A stretch of 63,147 nt of DNA, the filler included, from Sphaeroforma arctica JP610 (Eukaryota), in NCBI RefSeq assembly GCF_001186125.1. It is 3 parts of one record of this genome, joined end to end, with 100 filler letters (N's around TTAATTAATTAA, not from the genome) between each part and the next. Parts side by side here need not be neighbours in the genome. Positions count along the whole stretch, not along the records: positions 1 to 25,590 come from NW_014040552.1; 2 more parts are not named here. One strand, 5' to 3'. Below are positions 1-12,997 of the stretch, piece after piece; positions within the stretch are counted from its first letter, which is position 1, and each line of letters opens with the position of its first letter. The notes beneath the pieces were generated by a model. That model saw nothing but the letters and a program-made list of their open reading frames with translations, had not been told where the DNA came from and ran no database searches. A program made the translations under genes and the position numbers.

Positions 1-47
1 AGCATTCCAATCGAACACTGCGCGACCTATTTTTTTCTTCAATTCAC

Positions 48-3000
48 TCAACTTAGTTCTACACGGGACTCTTCGGTGTTTGCGTTGGCACTACTACTCT
101 TCGATCCACCAATCATCTTAACGGCCACAGCACCGATAATGGCACCTACGACAACTCCACCTGGAAACAAATTGATAGCACGCGTATAGTTAGAATGCGG
201 GAACCATAGGTACAGAACGGGGTCATATTATATGTACGGAGGCCACATCTGTCGATCGTACGCTACTCTCGCTTTAACCCTCGCTCTGCATGTATTTTTT
301 AACATCCGTGAGATACCAAATAGCTATATCGTACTATTATATCGCCGACAAGATATCTAAGACAGTCGCAACCAACCATGCGCCACAAGATATTTGACTT
401 ATCTCACGCGCTCGGTACTAACACCCATCTTTTAACTGTCATGCGGACGAGATACATGCCAGTTGTTTATCTAATACAAATGGGGGGCTACAGAAGAATG
501 CACCTGCAAGACTACCCGCAACTACATATACAACACCGCACCACACACAATATACCAGAACACGCCATAAAATCGTACACATTAAAACACACCTATGATT
601 CCACCAACTAGCGCTCCAGTGCTTACACCACCACCGTCACTCTCCGCCGCATCAGCTTCACTCTTAACCGATGCCGCGTCTTCAGTAGATGTCGAACTGA
701 TATCGAACGCCGGGAAGTTGGTCTCAGCGAAGATACCGTCTAACACAGCAGCCAGACGCATTCCTCCTATGACCACACGGGACTCCGCGATGAGATGGGC
801 CTCGTCGGCATATGACTGTAAAGGTATGGGAAGTGTATAGGGTTTGGAAGTTGGTAAGCCTCTACCGTACTAATTTTTGACGAAATATGATGGCTATGAA
901 CAAGCCTGATATGTACGGACCAGCAACACTATGTCGACTAGCAAATTTCACAACTGAAATGCACAGTGCGCCGGACCTAACAGACCCACGCTCCCAATAG
1001 CTACAAGTCATATTTAACAATAGAACAGACATTAATGCAATCGCTCGCGTTTCACTCTATGCGCGGTTCCTGATCACATAAAGCGATGTGAGTACAGAAA
1101 GCCATGTCGACAAGGACTGTATCATACCTGCTCCATCATTCCGTTCAACGGTGCTGCGTCGTACGAATCGACCCCAAGGTTGAAACTCTCATTCAACCAG
1201 ATATCGATGGACTCCTCCATGCGCGTGCGATCTTCCTCTCGCGCCAAATCCGTGTCATAGCCCATCTCGGCAAGCTTAGTAATCGGATACTTCGCGATCA
1301 AAGCGGCGGCAAATTCTGTGTATTCGGGATCACTCGCCTCGATTTCAGCTGGAAGGAAGGGAAATAGAGGTCCGTTGAGAACACATTAGAGGTCGAACAA
1401 AAAATCACCAAAATGTATATTCTTGTAAATGACTGGTACTTTGTAGTAGAGCATGACTTGCGTTCTATTGAGCAAGTGATTGAATCAAATTTACATTTCC
1501 CAACGACCTCACTTCTGAATTATCATTACATATTCCATTGTGGAGTAAGTTGCACCACATACGTCATAAAAGTATCCAAACATATGGCATTTCATCCTTT
1601 TATAGTAGCACGTCTATCACACATACCCTGCAAATCATTGCCCCATAGAGTTTGTCCACTGTCCCACCAGGAATGCAGGTTAGTGGATTCATTGGCAGGT
1701 GTGATGAAGGTCCATCGGTTGCCTCCAAAATCACTGGCAACCTCACCATCATACATCATGCAACGTGCCACGGCATGGTATGGCTGATTGCGAAAAAAAG
1801 TTATATTCAAAGATTCAGTAGGGGTTCGTGTGCACGCTTGTCACAAGAAATCTGGCACACATTTGCAAATCGTATACTGTACAATGGTCACTTTTGTCTT
1901 CTAAGCACTTACGCACAGTATAGTAAGGGGTCACGAATGATTTGACCAGCAAAAATCATTCACAGGGCAACGTAGGCAAAGCTAGCTATAGGTGATATGC
2001 CTTTTACGAGTACGGGGTTCCATACCTGATGCACATCTCCGATCATATGTACTAAGAAGTTGAGGCCGAAGTGCGCGTACCAATGGGCTGTTTGGCGTCC
2101 ATTGTATGTGTCAGGGATATCTGAACTGAGTTGCAACATCTGTGTCTTTGCGTCGACATCCACACTCTACAGACGAGTGCACATATTTTAAATGATGTAC
2201 GAGTAATTTGGTTAAATGAGGTGTATATACAAACTACCATAAATTTCTACGTCAATGTGTACTGAGCGTCATCACCCTAAGACTAACTGCAATTAATACC
2301 TTCCGACATATTAAAAAGTATATCATGATCCGAGATGACCAGATAGGCCTTTGTCCTAAGAGGACAATTCCCATATATCAAGCATCAATAAAATTCTATC
2401 TACGCTCTTTGAGGCGAACTCTTAAAATATAACTACAATTTACTCAAAACTAATATAGTCATCTCCCAGATGTTTTCTATTTGAATCCATGCATACGAAA
2501 TTTAGCCTTAGCGATGAACCACACATAAACACATAAGAACAGTACCGTGTCACAGTTAAGATTGTCGGGGTCGTATCTGATATTCACGTAGTGCCAGATG
2601 CCGAAAATCTGCATGTTATAGAAACTCTTGGCTACATCCGCCCAGGTGGCAGCCTGAACGAGCGTTGTGCTGCAGGAATGAAAGAAGTGATACCATAACG
2701 AACAAATCAGTAATGTTACTCATTCAGGAATATATTAAACAACTCAGTTAGCGACGTAGCGTATATTTGTATGATTATGTATCAGATGAATAGTCTTTTT
2801 CTCTCTCGAAAATTAAGTCCTTCCAAGGGTTCTAATTACTAGCAGCGAACACTTTCAGGGGTATTTGCTTGTTTGCAGCCATCTTGTACATATTTACAAA
2901 AAAAACTCAAAGTAACTCCTGTGAAGTATTTACCTTTCTTGTTTCGGGCGAGAACTGCCCTGGGCGGCGTAATTACCCATCTCCCACTCGGTGACTTCGT

Positions 3001-3620
3001 CATTGTAGAGAGTGTCCATGTAGGACAGAACATTATTGACTTGCTGTTCAAATTGATGGGCATTTACGACAATTTGAGTACTTCGAAGTCATTCGAATTA
3101 GAAAAGTTATACAAGTTGCAACATAAGGCTCACAGGGCTCTGTCTGCTAATATGAACGCTATGAACGCCAATATATCCGTTGAAGGCGCTGAAAAATCAT
3201 GATATGCACTATTATGCAAATTAGAGGGTGAAAAACGATGCATTAAAATATTTTCGCGCCCATTGGTATAAAAATAGAATCTTCAGTTCTACTGCTACTG
3301 ACATAGTTCAATACCTCGATAGAGTGAGCATTCTTCATATGCGAAGTAGCCACTGCGGCGACAACTGTGGTGTGAAGGGAGGCATGCTCAACAATTAGTC
3401 AGAGGCTAGATCTTAAGTGCACAACCATAAGCAATGAGTGTACTAAAATAAATTGTCCATGAAATCATACAATACTCTCTTTTGCAGCGAATAAGTTTGC
3501 AGTTGAAAGCATCACTGTCAAAATGGGCCGGGAAGACTCACGTTTATGTCCAACGTCCCACCATGCCTGTGAGCTGCCCACCAAGGTCAAGGCGATCGCT
3601 GATGCAGCGAACAGTTTCAT
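48..3620 (-). CDS. S1/P1 nuclease family protein with signal peptide and C-terminal transmembrane helix (about 9 exons)
   Basis: Manual splicing: exon 3542-3620 MKLFAASAIALTLVGSSQA-WWDVGHK; 3315-3364 LVAAVATSHM; 2934-3043; ~2547-2669 AATWADVAK..WHYVN; ~2026-2166 FLVHMIGDVHQ; ~1600-1784 PYH..DFGGN..NLHSWWDSG; ~1128-1349; ~593-814; 48-160 ending in TGA. These are the zinc-ligand motifs of S1/P1 nucleases. GT-AG sites and phases were checked for the first four exons and the last; the other boundaries are approximate. Confidence 0.93.
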
Positions 3621-4901
3621 TGCGATAATTCTTTTGTTATACTAGTGCGTTACCAGCATAAATGAATATGTTCTTAAAGATACTCTGGTTTAGGGATGAT
3701 ATACAAATGTGTGGAATGGTGAAGAAACAAAAAAAACATCACCATTTGACTGGACTTGTGTCTAATTTAGAAGGTTATGACTTTAGTGGACTAGTCTATG
3801 TCATATACCTTTCTCGCGCGGGTGATTAAAGTTAATGTGCACGGATCACTGCGGAATGCGTAAAATTGATTTCCAATTGGCAATTGGCCAGACTCGGAAA
3901 TAACTAAATTTAGAATATTTACAACAGCTGACTTTTGTTTTTTGAAACAAAAACCAATATGTACAAACATTGCCCTATGCTATGGTACATATCACTCGAC
4001 GTTTTCTATCAGGATGAGTTATCCTCGCAACATCAACAAGAGAGAGACGGGCTGGGGCCCTGGGCCTGGGGCTGCCGGTTGAGGCTCTGGGGCTTTGGCC
4101 TCTGGGGCCGGGGGCTCTTGTTGAGAGAGTAGAGAGTAGCCAGTGGGCATGTTTACTGTTTAGTGTTTAGTGCCTTTTTTTTCTTCAGAAGTGTTTTCTC
4201 ATTTGTTAATGTTTTGACCGTATTATTTATTTCCTCATTCCGTCAAAAACTTTTTAGTCTCGTTACCTATTTGACAACAATTTGCAAATATCAATCTATA
4301 CTTTTTTTAGATACATATGTGATACGATATATACTTAGTGTGGAGTGTGGTCTGTGGTCTGTGGAGCGTGGCAGATTCAGGTCTCAGGAGGGCTGGGCTA
4401 GTGTTTTAAAATTTTATTTAAAACTGTGTTGTTGCTATATAAAACTGTGTTGTGTCAGCTAAAAATAGATTGAGACCACACGGCACACTTAAATAAGTAT
4501 TTACATACAACGTTTGTAACTTTACTATATCGTGAATTCGTGAAGTTCATTGTCGCTACGGCCTAAAATACACACTTAGTGGTTGCAATTTAAAAAAAAG
4601 GGTTAAAAAAATACAATTGACTATTGTCTGCACAGTCTGGAGTCTGGACTGTATTTAACCCTGTAAGTAGCGCATGTAGTGTAGACAGAAATTAATAAAA
4701 ATTAACAAGGCACAAGCGTTTGTATTGGTTAAAATAAGATTGGAGGCATACCATATGCTATATAAGGCAACTTTATGAAAAGCAATTCTTCCAACCAAAG
4801 TACAGAACTCATAGAAATCGACTACTAGTAGAGCCAGTGCCCAGTGTTCTAAAATACTAGACTGTACTGATATGTACTACTAAAGTCTTTAAGGGTTCAA
4901 G

Positions 4902-5478
4902 CTTACGAATACTCCTAGATGCCCCGCTCGCATACGTGCAAAATTTGACATAAAAGTGGTGCCTTGGAGGCTGGAGCCTTGGACGGCACCCAAATTTGAA
5001 ATTCTAAAGGAGCAAAAAGGAAAGAGGAGGCCGCAGGCCGACCGGTCTCTTTTTGGGCCAAATTGACAGGGTTCGACACTTTTACAATATCAAGATCATA
5101 AATTGAATATGTATCATAATGCCTATGTATTTATGTATGTTTATATGCATATAGCCCTCCGTGCTCTCATTGCCGCCTTCATAGCTAAAACTATTCAAAT
5201 ATCGGTCACAATTCTAAAGGAGAGAAAGGGAAAGAGGAGGTCGAAGGCCGCAGGCCGACCGGTCTCTATTGGGATCAAATTGACATGTTTTGACACTATT
5301 ACAATAGCAAGACCATAAATTGAATATGTATCATATCACATGTATTTATGTGTGTTTATATGCATTTAGCCCTCCGTGTTCTCACTGCCGCCTTCCTAGC
5401 AATAGCTATTCAAATATCGGTCGCAATATCACAAATTTTACACGTATACGAGCGGGGCATCTAGGAATATTCCTAAGT
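4902..5478. mobile_element. MITE-like element with ~45-bp terminal inverted repeats and an internal ~210-bp direct duplication
   Basis: cctagatgccccgctcgcatacgtgcaaaatttg (4914-4948) is the near-perfect reverse complement of caaattttacacgtatacgagcggggcatctagg (5432-5465), and the match extends a further ~12 bp outward. Internal segments ~5001-5205 and ~5211-5425 are diverged direct copies. Confidence 0.7.
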
Positions 5479-5542
5479 ACATAAATCGGTCACTCACACA
5501 CACAGATATATATATATATATATATAATAATATATATGTTTG

Positions 5543-5576
<34 letters not shown>

Positions 5577-5605
5577 ATATTTATATATATATATATTATA
5601 TATAT

Positions 5606-5637
<32 letters not shown>

Positions 5638-6183
5638 AATATATATATATATGTATATACATATATATANNNNNNNNNNNNNNNNNNNNNNNNNNNNNNN
5701 NNNNNNNNNNNNNNNNNNNNNNNNNNNNNNNNNNNNNNNNNNNNNNNNNNNNNNNNNNNNNNNNNNNNNNNNNNNNNNNNNNNNNNNNNNNNNNNNNNNN
5801 NNNNNNNNNNNNNNNNNNNNNNNNNNNNNNNNNNNNNNNNNNNNNNNNNNNNNNNNNNNNNNNNNNNNNNNNNNNNNNNNNNNNNNNNNNNNNNNNNNNN
5901 NNNNNNNNNNNNNNNNNNNNNNNNNNNNNNNNNNNNNNNNNNNNNNNNNNNNNNNNNNNNNNNNNNNNNNNNNNNNNNNNNNNNNNNNNNNNNNNNNNNN
6001 NNNNNNNNNNNNNNNNNNNNNNNNNNNNNNNNNNNNNNNNNNNNNNNNNNNNNNNNNNNNNNNNNNNNNNNNNNNNNNNNNNNNNNNNNNNNNNNNNNNN
6101 NNNNNNNNNNNNNNNNNNNNNNNNNNNNNNNNNNNNNNNNNNNNNNNNNNNNTATATATATATATACATATANATATAACAAC

Positions 6184-6225
<42 letters not shown>

Positions 6226-7930
6226 CATGTGTGTGTGTGTGCATAATATATATATACATATATATATATACACATATACATATATATGTATGGTAAGTTC
6301 GCGATCTACAAGGTCATTGTAAGAATTTTAGATATGCTCACTGTTGATCGCGGATGCAATTTTAAATTATTGATAGATACGAGATTGTAAACTCTATGAC
6401 TAATGTAGGCCTATCGTACGAGTGAATTTGAAATATTCGCTGAACTTGCACCAAATTTTATGTATTCCTACAAAGCCCACAGAACACTAGCAAAAAGCCC
6501 CTTCTTTCAATAGTCTATGCTGCATAGATTTATTGGCTTGAAAGTATTGGATTTTATCTGTTCGTAGGTTGATCGGACTTGCGTGTGGTATGTAGTAGTG
6601 AGACAAAACACCGAAGTATACATATGCGCAATATGTTTATACAAGTACATAAATAAATATAATGAATGTATGATATTGATAGTATGTGTTCATTTTTACA
6701 AGGACTGTGTCTGTGTGACAGTGTTGCAGCGGCGACTGGCGTCTGACGCGTGAATGCACTTTGACAGTTCTGCGCGCCAAAAATTGAATGGTCTATTTAT
6801 AGCGCCACATAAATTAGAGTCCGACCTGTGCGGCTGTGCCTATATATAATTGTCCACTCATTAAGTCGATTAGTCACTATCTATTGGATTAAAGTCTATC
6901 CAGCTACGGCGTGAGGCGTCAGACTTTACTGAGTACTGAGTACTGAGTACTGACAGTCTGCCACACGCTCCATGCAGCGGTCGCACGCTTAAGTAATATT
7001 CTTTTTGTAAAAATAAAATAAATAAATAAACAAAAAGTGGTCGCAATATGTTTTCTTCAAAAGTCTGAATTTTTTTAAAATGCGTAAAATACAGATGATC
7101 ACTTCTTGTAAAACACGCGAGGTCGCGAGAGGTGATCACGTTATTTTTAAAATTTACCTACTAAATTGTGTAGCATAAGTTCTGATTCTTGACATTTATT
7201 TATTTTTCAGTGATCAGTTCACTGTGAACAATGAAAACTGATGTGAGTGATAAGTGATAAGTGATGCAGTGATGAGTGATGAACTGATGACTGATCAGTG
7301 ATCAACAACTGATCACTGTGATCAATGAATCAACGATTCTTCTCAAATCTTTATTCATACACGAATTATTTCACAGTTCACAACAATAAGGCGGATATGT
7401 ATTTTCATATATTAAAAATAGGTACGCTAGAGAACAGTACATACATAAATATTTACATATTTGAGACTTGTTGAGACTTGAGAGTCCTCAGTCCTGTAGT
7501 CTGTAGGGGACTTTGGACTTTGGAGTGTGGAGTGTGGAGTGTGGACAGAGTGACAGACCTGTGAAGAGACTGTAGTATTAGAGTGTAGGAGTGTAGAGTT
7601 GTAAGAGTGTAGGAGTGTAACCTGTGTAGGGTGTAGTCAGTGGTCACTAGTAGTCATTAGTCAGTACTCAGTAGTCACAGGCCGGGAACTCAGTCGCATA
7701 TTTATAAGGATATGGAATACATTTGGCATTTTTTTTTTCAAACTACGGAAGAATTTTGGAAATCCTAAATATGTAATATGGCCAAAAGCTGAAACAAAAT
7801 ATGAATTATGCGACCTAAAAATAGAAGACAAGAGTCACAGATTTATAAGTCGAGTACTAGCCTGGAGGTTCAATTTGGCTTCTTCAGTGCAGAAGACACC
7901 CTAAAAAGTCTGCTAATCGCAATGTTCGGT

Positions 7931-8083
7931 CACGGCCCTCTGGATTTGGATGTCTGCTAAATTTTCGATTTCCGCTACGACGAAACGATTTCCGCTACGA
8001 CGAAACGATTTCCGCTACGACGAAACGATTTCCGCTAAAACGAAACCTTGATTTCCGCTCGAGACCCTATCCAGAGGGCCGTG
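7931..8083. mobile_element. 153-bp MITE with perfect 15-bp TIRs, a 7-bp TSD and an internal 20-bp tandem array
   Basis: TIR cacggccctctggat (7931-7945) / atccagagggccgtg (8069-8083); gttcggt directly flanks both ends (7924-7930, 8084-8090); about 4 internal copies of gatttccgctacgacgaaac. Confidence 0.85.
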
Positions 8084-11000
8084 GTTCGGTAATATGAGAC
8101 CAATATTGGGGCACTGAGGTCCGCTAAAACGAAAATATGGAATATGTAGTGAGAAATTGGAAATATGAAATACTTGATATGCGCTACAGCACGTTAAAAC
8201 GTAAATATGTATTTAATACGGCGCATCTGCCATCTGGTACATAATATGAAATATGTGAGAGGGCATCCATATTTATGAGTACCCACTACCCAGGCCTGGA
8301 ATATAGAGTGTAGACCTGTGTAGACTGTAGACTGTAGACTGTAGACTGTAGACTGTAGTGTAGACTGTAGAATAGAGGAGGGAGAATATGGTTTTACGGT
8401 ATGTATTTGGTTTAGGAGTCTAAAGTCTAGACTCTTAATTCGACCTAAAAAAATTTTAGTCCATATTAAAACTTTGTAGTTTTATTTAAGAAAAAACAAA
8501 AAGAAAAAAAACCGGAGTGTTCCACAGCATTGATTGTCTGACGTTACACCAGTCCTATTCGCAATATGTCTTCATGAATCCCGAGAGTTTTGACTTCTGA
8601 ATTCTGACTCCTGAAAGTAGAATCCTAAATTAGGATACCCTGTCGTCGCACCTGGCAGTGTATTTATGCCTTCATGAGTCCATGACCCCGTAGCCAGACC
8701 TCGTACCACTATACGTTGCAACGTTTTAAAACATTCCGTAAGCGTAAAACGTTAAAAATTTTGATACGTTACACAGTCCCAACATACATATGAGGGATTA
8801 TTTCTGGGTCATAGTATTTAACTGCCACGACCGGGCCCGCGGGCCACGGCCCCGCCGCCCCGCCCTCATTTTCCTGTCGGTTACGGATAGAAAGGCCCGC
8901 CAGACCTCTTATGGGCAATGCTTGGGTCATTCTTTTTTGCTTTAATAGTATGACTATGGGGTCGTTTGTGTGAAGTTGTGTGTTTACTGTGTTACTGTTG
9001 TGTTACTGTGTATATAATTGTATATTTACCTGCAACCGATTGCTAACAAGTACACTTTCCATAACAAGTATATCTTGTATAAACACGCTAGTATGCCTAA
9101 GCCTCTATGCCTATATGCGTCGCAAGAAGTGTGTATTTATTCAGTTTTCAGTACGATGTAAAGACATACAGTGTATACTAACAGACAGACCAGTTCTAGT
9201 AGTACACAAAGTGTCACAAACCGTCGTGGTGAGCGGCCTAAAAACAAAAACGGTCATCAGTTTTCAGTCGCGTTTGATTGGTTGAACGCAAGCTTTGTGG
9301 CCAGAAATGACATGTTAGGTGCACTATCTGGGTCTTATATGTAAAATAATTTGAGGTCGGAATAGTCACCCCTATGCGTTGCGTATGCGTAAATCATTCA
9401 ACGTTTAGATCTATGTACTAACTTTTAAATGAGGTCTGCGGCCCGTAGCCTATTTGCTAAAAACTAAAAGCAAAACCCCCTCTGAAAACAATAAAGATTA
9501 TATACCTTTAAAAAAAAAGCACTATAGTGTTTTGGTATTTGGTTCACTGATAGAGTGATTGTCAACTCTTAAAACACTCTGGCGAAATACCGATGATCGT
9601 ATGTAGAATGTAGATTGCAGTCGATCCTTGAAGAGTCGAATAGACGACAGGCCGACAGCACGTTGAGTGTTTTCAAATTTCAAATTTTGTTAAAAAAATA
9701 TTGAAGAGATGACTAAATATTCGAAAATCGATAAGTGCCAGAGCCCAGGCTGAAAGCTGCGAATATCCAGCAGGGGGACTGGGACCACTGGCCCTGGGTT
9801 TCTGTGGGACTGGGTGTCAGGGTGACCTGCAGTCGTTCTTAGTCATTTTTTATATATTTCTAAAACAAAAAAGAGTATTGACTGCTCTCAGCTGATGACA
9901 CACAATTAGTCAGTCACACACTCTCATCACATCACAGAGACCAGTGTCCAGAGTCCAGACTCCAGCGGCCAGACTATGTATTTATCATAGTAGAAGGCAG
10001 TCGTGCAGATTTTGAAAAATATAATAAAAAAGGGACGTGAAGTCTGAAAAGTGAGAGAGAAAAGACTGATTTAAAAAAAAGAAGACTTCCAGTCTCTTAG
10101 CCTAAGAGAGAGTGTGCGGCCGACTGGGTCACTGGGGCCGAGTGGCCGTGCGCAAGCCTGCAATGAAAAGCTGTAAATATTTTTAAATTATATATATATA
10201 TATATTTTGTTTTGCATATTTGTTGTTTTTATTTTAAAAATCCCAACAAATAATTATAAATAGTCAATACATACAGTAGTGTGAAAGTGAACCCACATTG
10301 GTACATTCCGTTTCTGAAAAATTTAACTTTTGTCCTCTTTTTAAAAATAATATAATACAAATGAGACTGTAGGTAAACCTTTTATTTATAAAAAAAACAA
10401 AAATATAGCAAACCTGAAAACACGACTGAAATACAAATGATGAATATCGACAATTATCAGTTTATGTTTATTGTTTCAAATATAGTATTATTATCACATG
10501 TCAATTTGTTTACTGCTAATAGTTTCTGTGCGTCTATGACTACAATAGCTTTTCCGCGTTTTTATTCTGATACTTTTATTATGTTTTTAAAAAATAATAG
10601 TATAGAAAGCCTAAAAAAAAGTGTAGATATATTATATCCTGCTTGATTTGCCAATACGCTTTCTCTCGACTACTCTCTCTCTACTAGTAAACGACACAAC
10701 CCCTGTTGAGAAAGAATGATAAATATTGGTTTATTTTTCATCTATACACAATGCGATACTGTTGTTATTTAAAAAAAACTGTTATCGTTTACCACGCGAG
10801 CTGACTTTACTCTTGATGCTGGGGTTTAATTTCAATTCAGACAGAAATGTAAATATTATTGAATTTCAGAATTCAGAATTTCAGACTCTCTCAAGAATCG
10901 CTTGTGTTATTTAGCCTTAAGAGTAACCAGTCTACAGTCTACAATCTATCACTCCACACTCTACAGTCTAACAGTCTATTTACACTCTACAGTCTACACT

Positions 11001-12997
11001 CTACAGACCAGAGTCTACACTCTACAGTCTACGCCTCTACGGTCTACACTCACTAGTAGAGCTAGAGTGCTCTACACTACAATCTACACTCTACAGTCTA
11101 CACTCTACAGTAGACTACAAGTACAGTCTACACTCCACTCATCAGAGTAGGGCAGTAGTGAGTACTGAGTAAACCCACTGGCAGTCTGGCACTCTCTCTA
11201 AGTCTAAAGAGTAGGCCTAAAGTACCTACTGCATCCATTTAAAGCGATGGAGCAATGGAGTTTCTGACTCATGCTGGGATCGGAGTATGTAGTCTGTTAG
11301 AAGCTGAGCCTTTTTTTAAGTTTAGAGAATAGAGCTATTAGAGCAAACAAAATGTAACTATACAATGCTTGAATAATGTTACATATTTTATTACAATTCT
11401 TCCATACATAGTACTTTTAAAATTTGCTTTTACCTTTTTTTAAAAGGAGCAGGGGCCAACCGCCGCAAGCCCGCATGCTGGTGTAAAAAACAAAATATGC
11501 TCAACAAGAGATTGAACAGAAGAGTGAATTCGAGAAAGCATAGAGACAAATTCTTTTTTCGATTTGTTTTATAATAGAGCAGTTTTGCTATTTTTCTTAC
11601 CGAAAAGGCGCACTCTCTGGCACGGCCGCTCGGAATTCGGGCGTCCCGCGCCCGTCGGGCATTAGTTCAGAACTCTAGACGTCAGAGTTCATAGTATGTA
11701 TGCTTATTTTATAAAACAATCATTGTGCTCAACTTGCTTTTGTAAAAAAAAATATGGCTTTTTGATGGTAGTCATGGTCACTCATACTGATAATCTCACA
11801 CAATTGACATGACGATGGAGTCTCTACTAGAGAGTAGAGAGCTAAGCTCAATGCGTTAAAAGTTGAAACTTTTATTATGCCTCGAATAAACATTGAAGTT
11901 GTAACTTTTATATCTCGATAGTACACTTCCATATGTGATAGGTGCATTTTTCAGGTCACTCAGGTGACAGTCGTCGCAACTGAAACGCTCAATCTCTTTT
12001 GATTGCCTACTAACATTTTCGTGGCCTAAAATTTTCCACGATCGGACAGCTTATTGAGTGCAGTTTCCAAAATACCTTTGTAGTTGATTTGTCCTAAATA
12101 AAAGATAACTTTTAAAAATCAAAAAGTTAACATTAAAGTTGGAACTTATATTCCGTACCCCTATAACTTATTGAGCTTAGGTAGAGAGCCTACCCCCTGG
12201 TCCTGGTCTCTGGATCCTGGCCCCTGGCCCGTGGCGCCCGCCCGTGGCGGCTACTGCAGTGCTGGGTCGGTCCGAGAGTCCGGGCCAGCCGCCAGACTGG
12301 GAGTCTGGGAGTCTTGGACCTGAGGTTGAGAGTCTGGGACTGTCACAGTGTCATCTGGGTGATTTGATAAAAAGGTTTTAAAAAAGTTGGATCAATCAGT
12401 CTGGTGCTCCGTAGTGTACTCATCAGGTCTTAGGAGTTTGGACTTATCAAGCTCAGTACTCAGGAGTCAAAGCACAGTGTATCAGAGGCAGCGTGGCTGA
12501 GTGGACGGCTGACGCCGTTGTGATTAGTAGAGTTTGTACTGCTATAGCCTTTATGCTCGCCATTTATAAATAGACGCACCAATACAGTAGAAAAATTTAA
12601 ACAGAATTTAGAGAAAGCCATTCAGGCATTCAACCGGTGGATTCATGAGTTGTGTAGCACATCGCAGAGACGCAGCCCCGCAGGTTCGTTTTGCAGAGTG
12701 GAGTCTGCCGACTGGGGAGAGATAACACGTTTATTTCTTATTTTGATTTATTATTTAAAAAAATAAAATTGTCATCGGCATTTCCGCCCCACCCAGGATG
12801 TTGCCCGCCATATATGCTCTGGCGATCTCGAATTCTCGATGTAAGAAAGAAACAGATATACAATAACAGTTTAGAGCATCCCGGTATTTACTGACAGCCC
12901 TTTTTGTTGAAAACAGCGTAAGTATAAATATATAGTTGCACAGCTACTAGACTTCAAAAATCACAACAACTATTATCTTGCAAATAACAACACCAAC

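Noticed and set aside
5438..6322. Long ORFs of YI/IY repeats and X runs (also at 16338-16818, 18469-18831, 28091-28415, 34547-35871, 44825-45480, 56325-57162)
   Set aside because: These are translations of (TA)n/(TG)n/(TACA)n microsatellites, AT-rich minisatellites and N gaps, not proteins.
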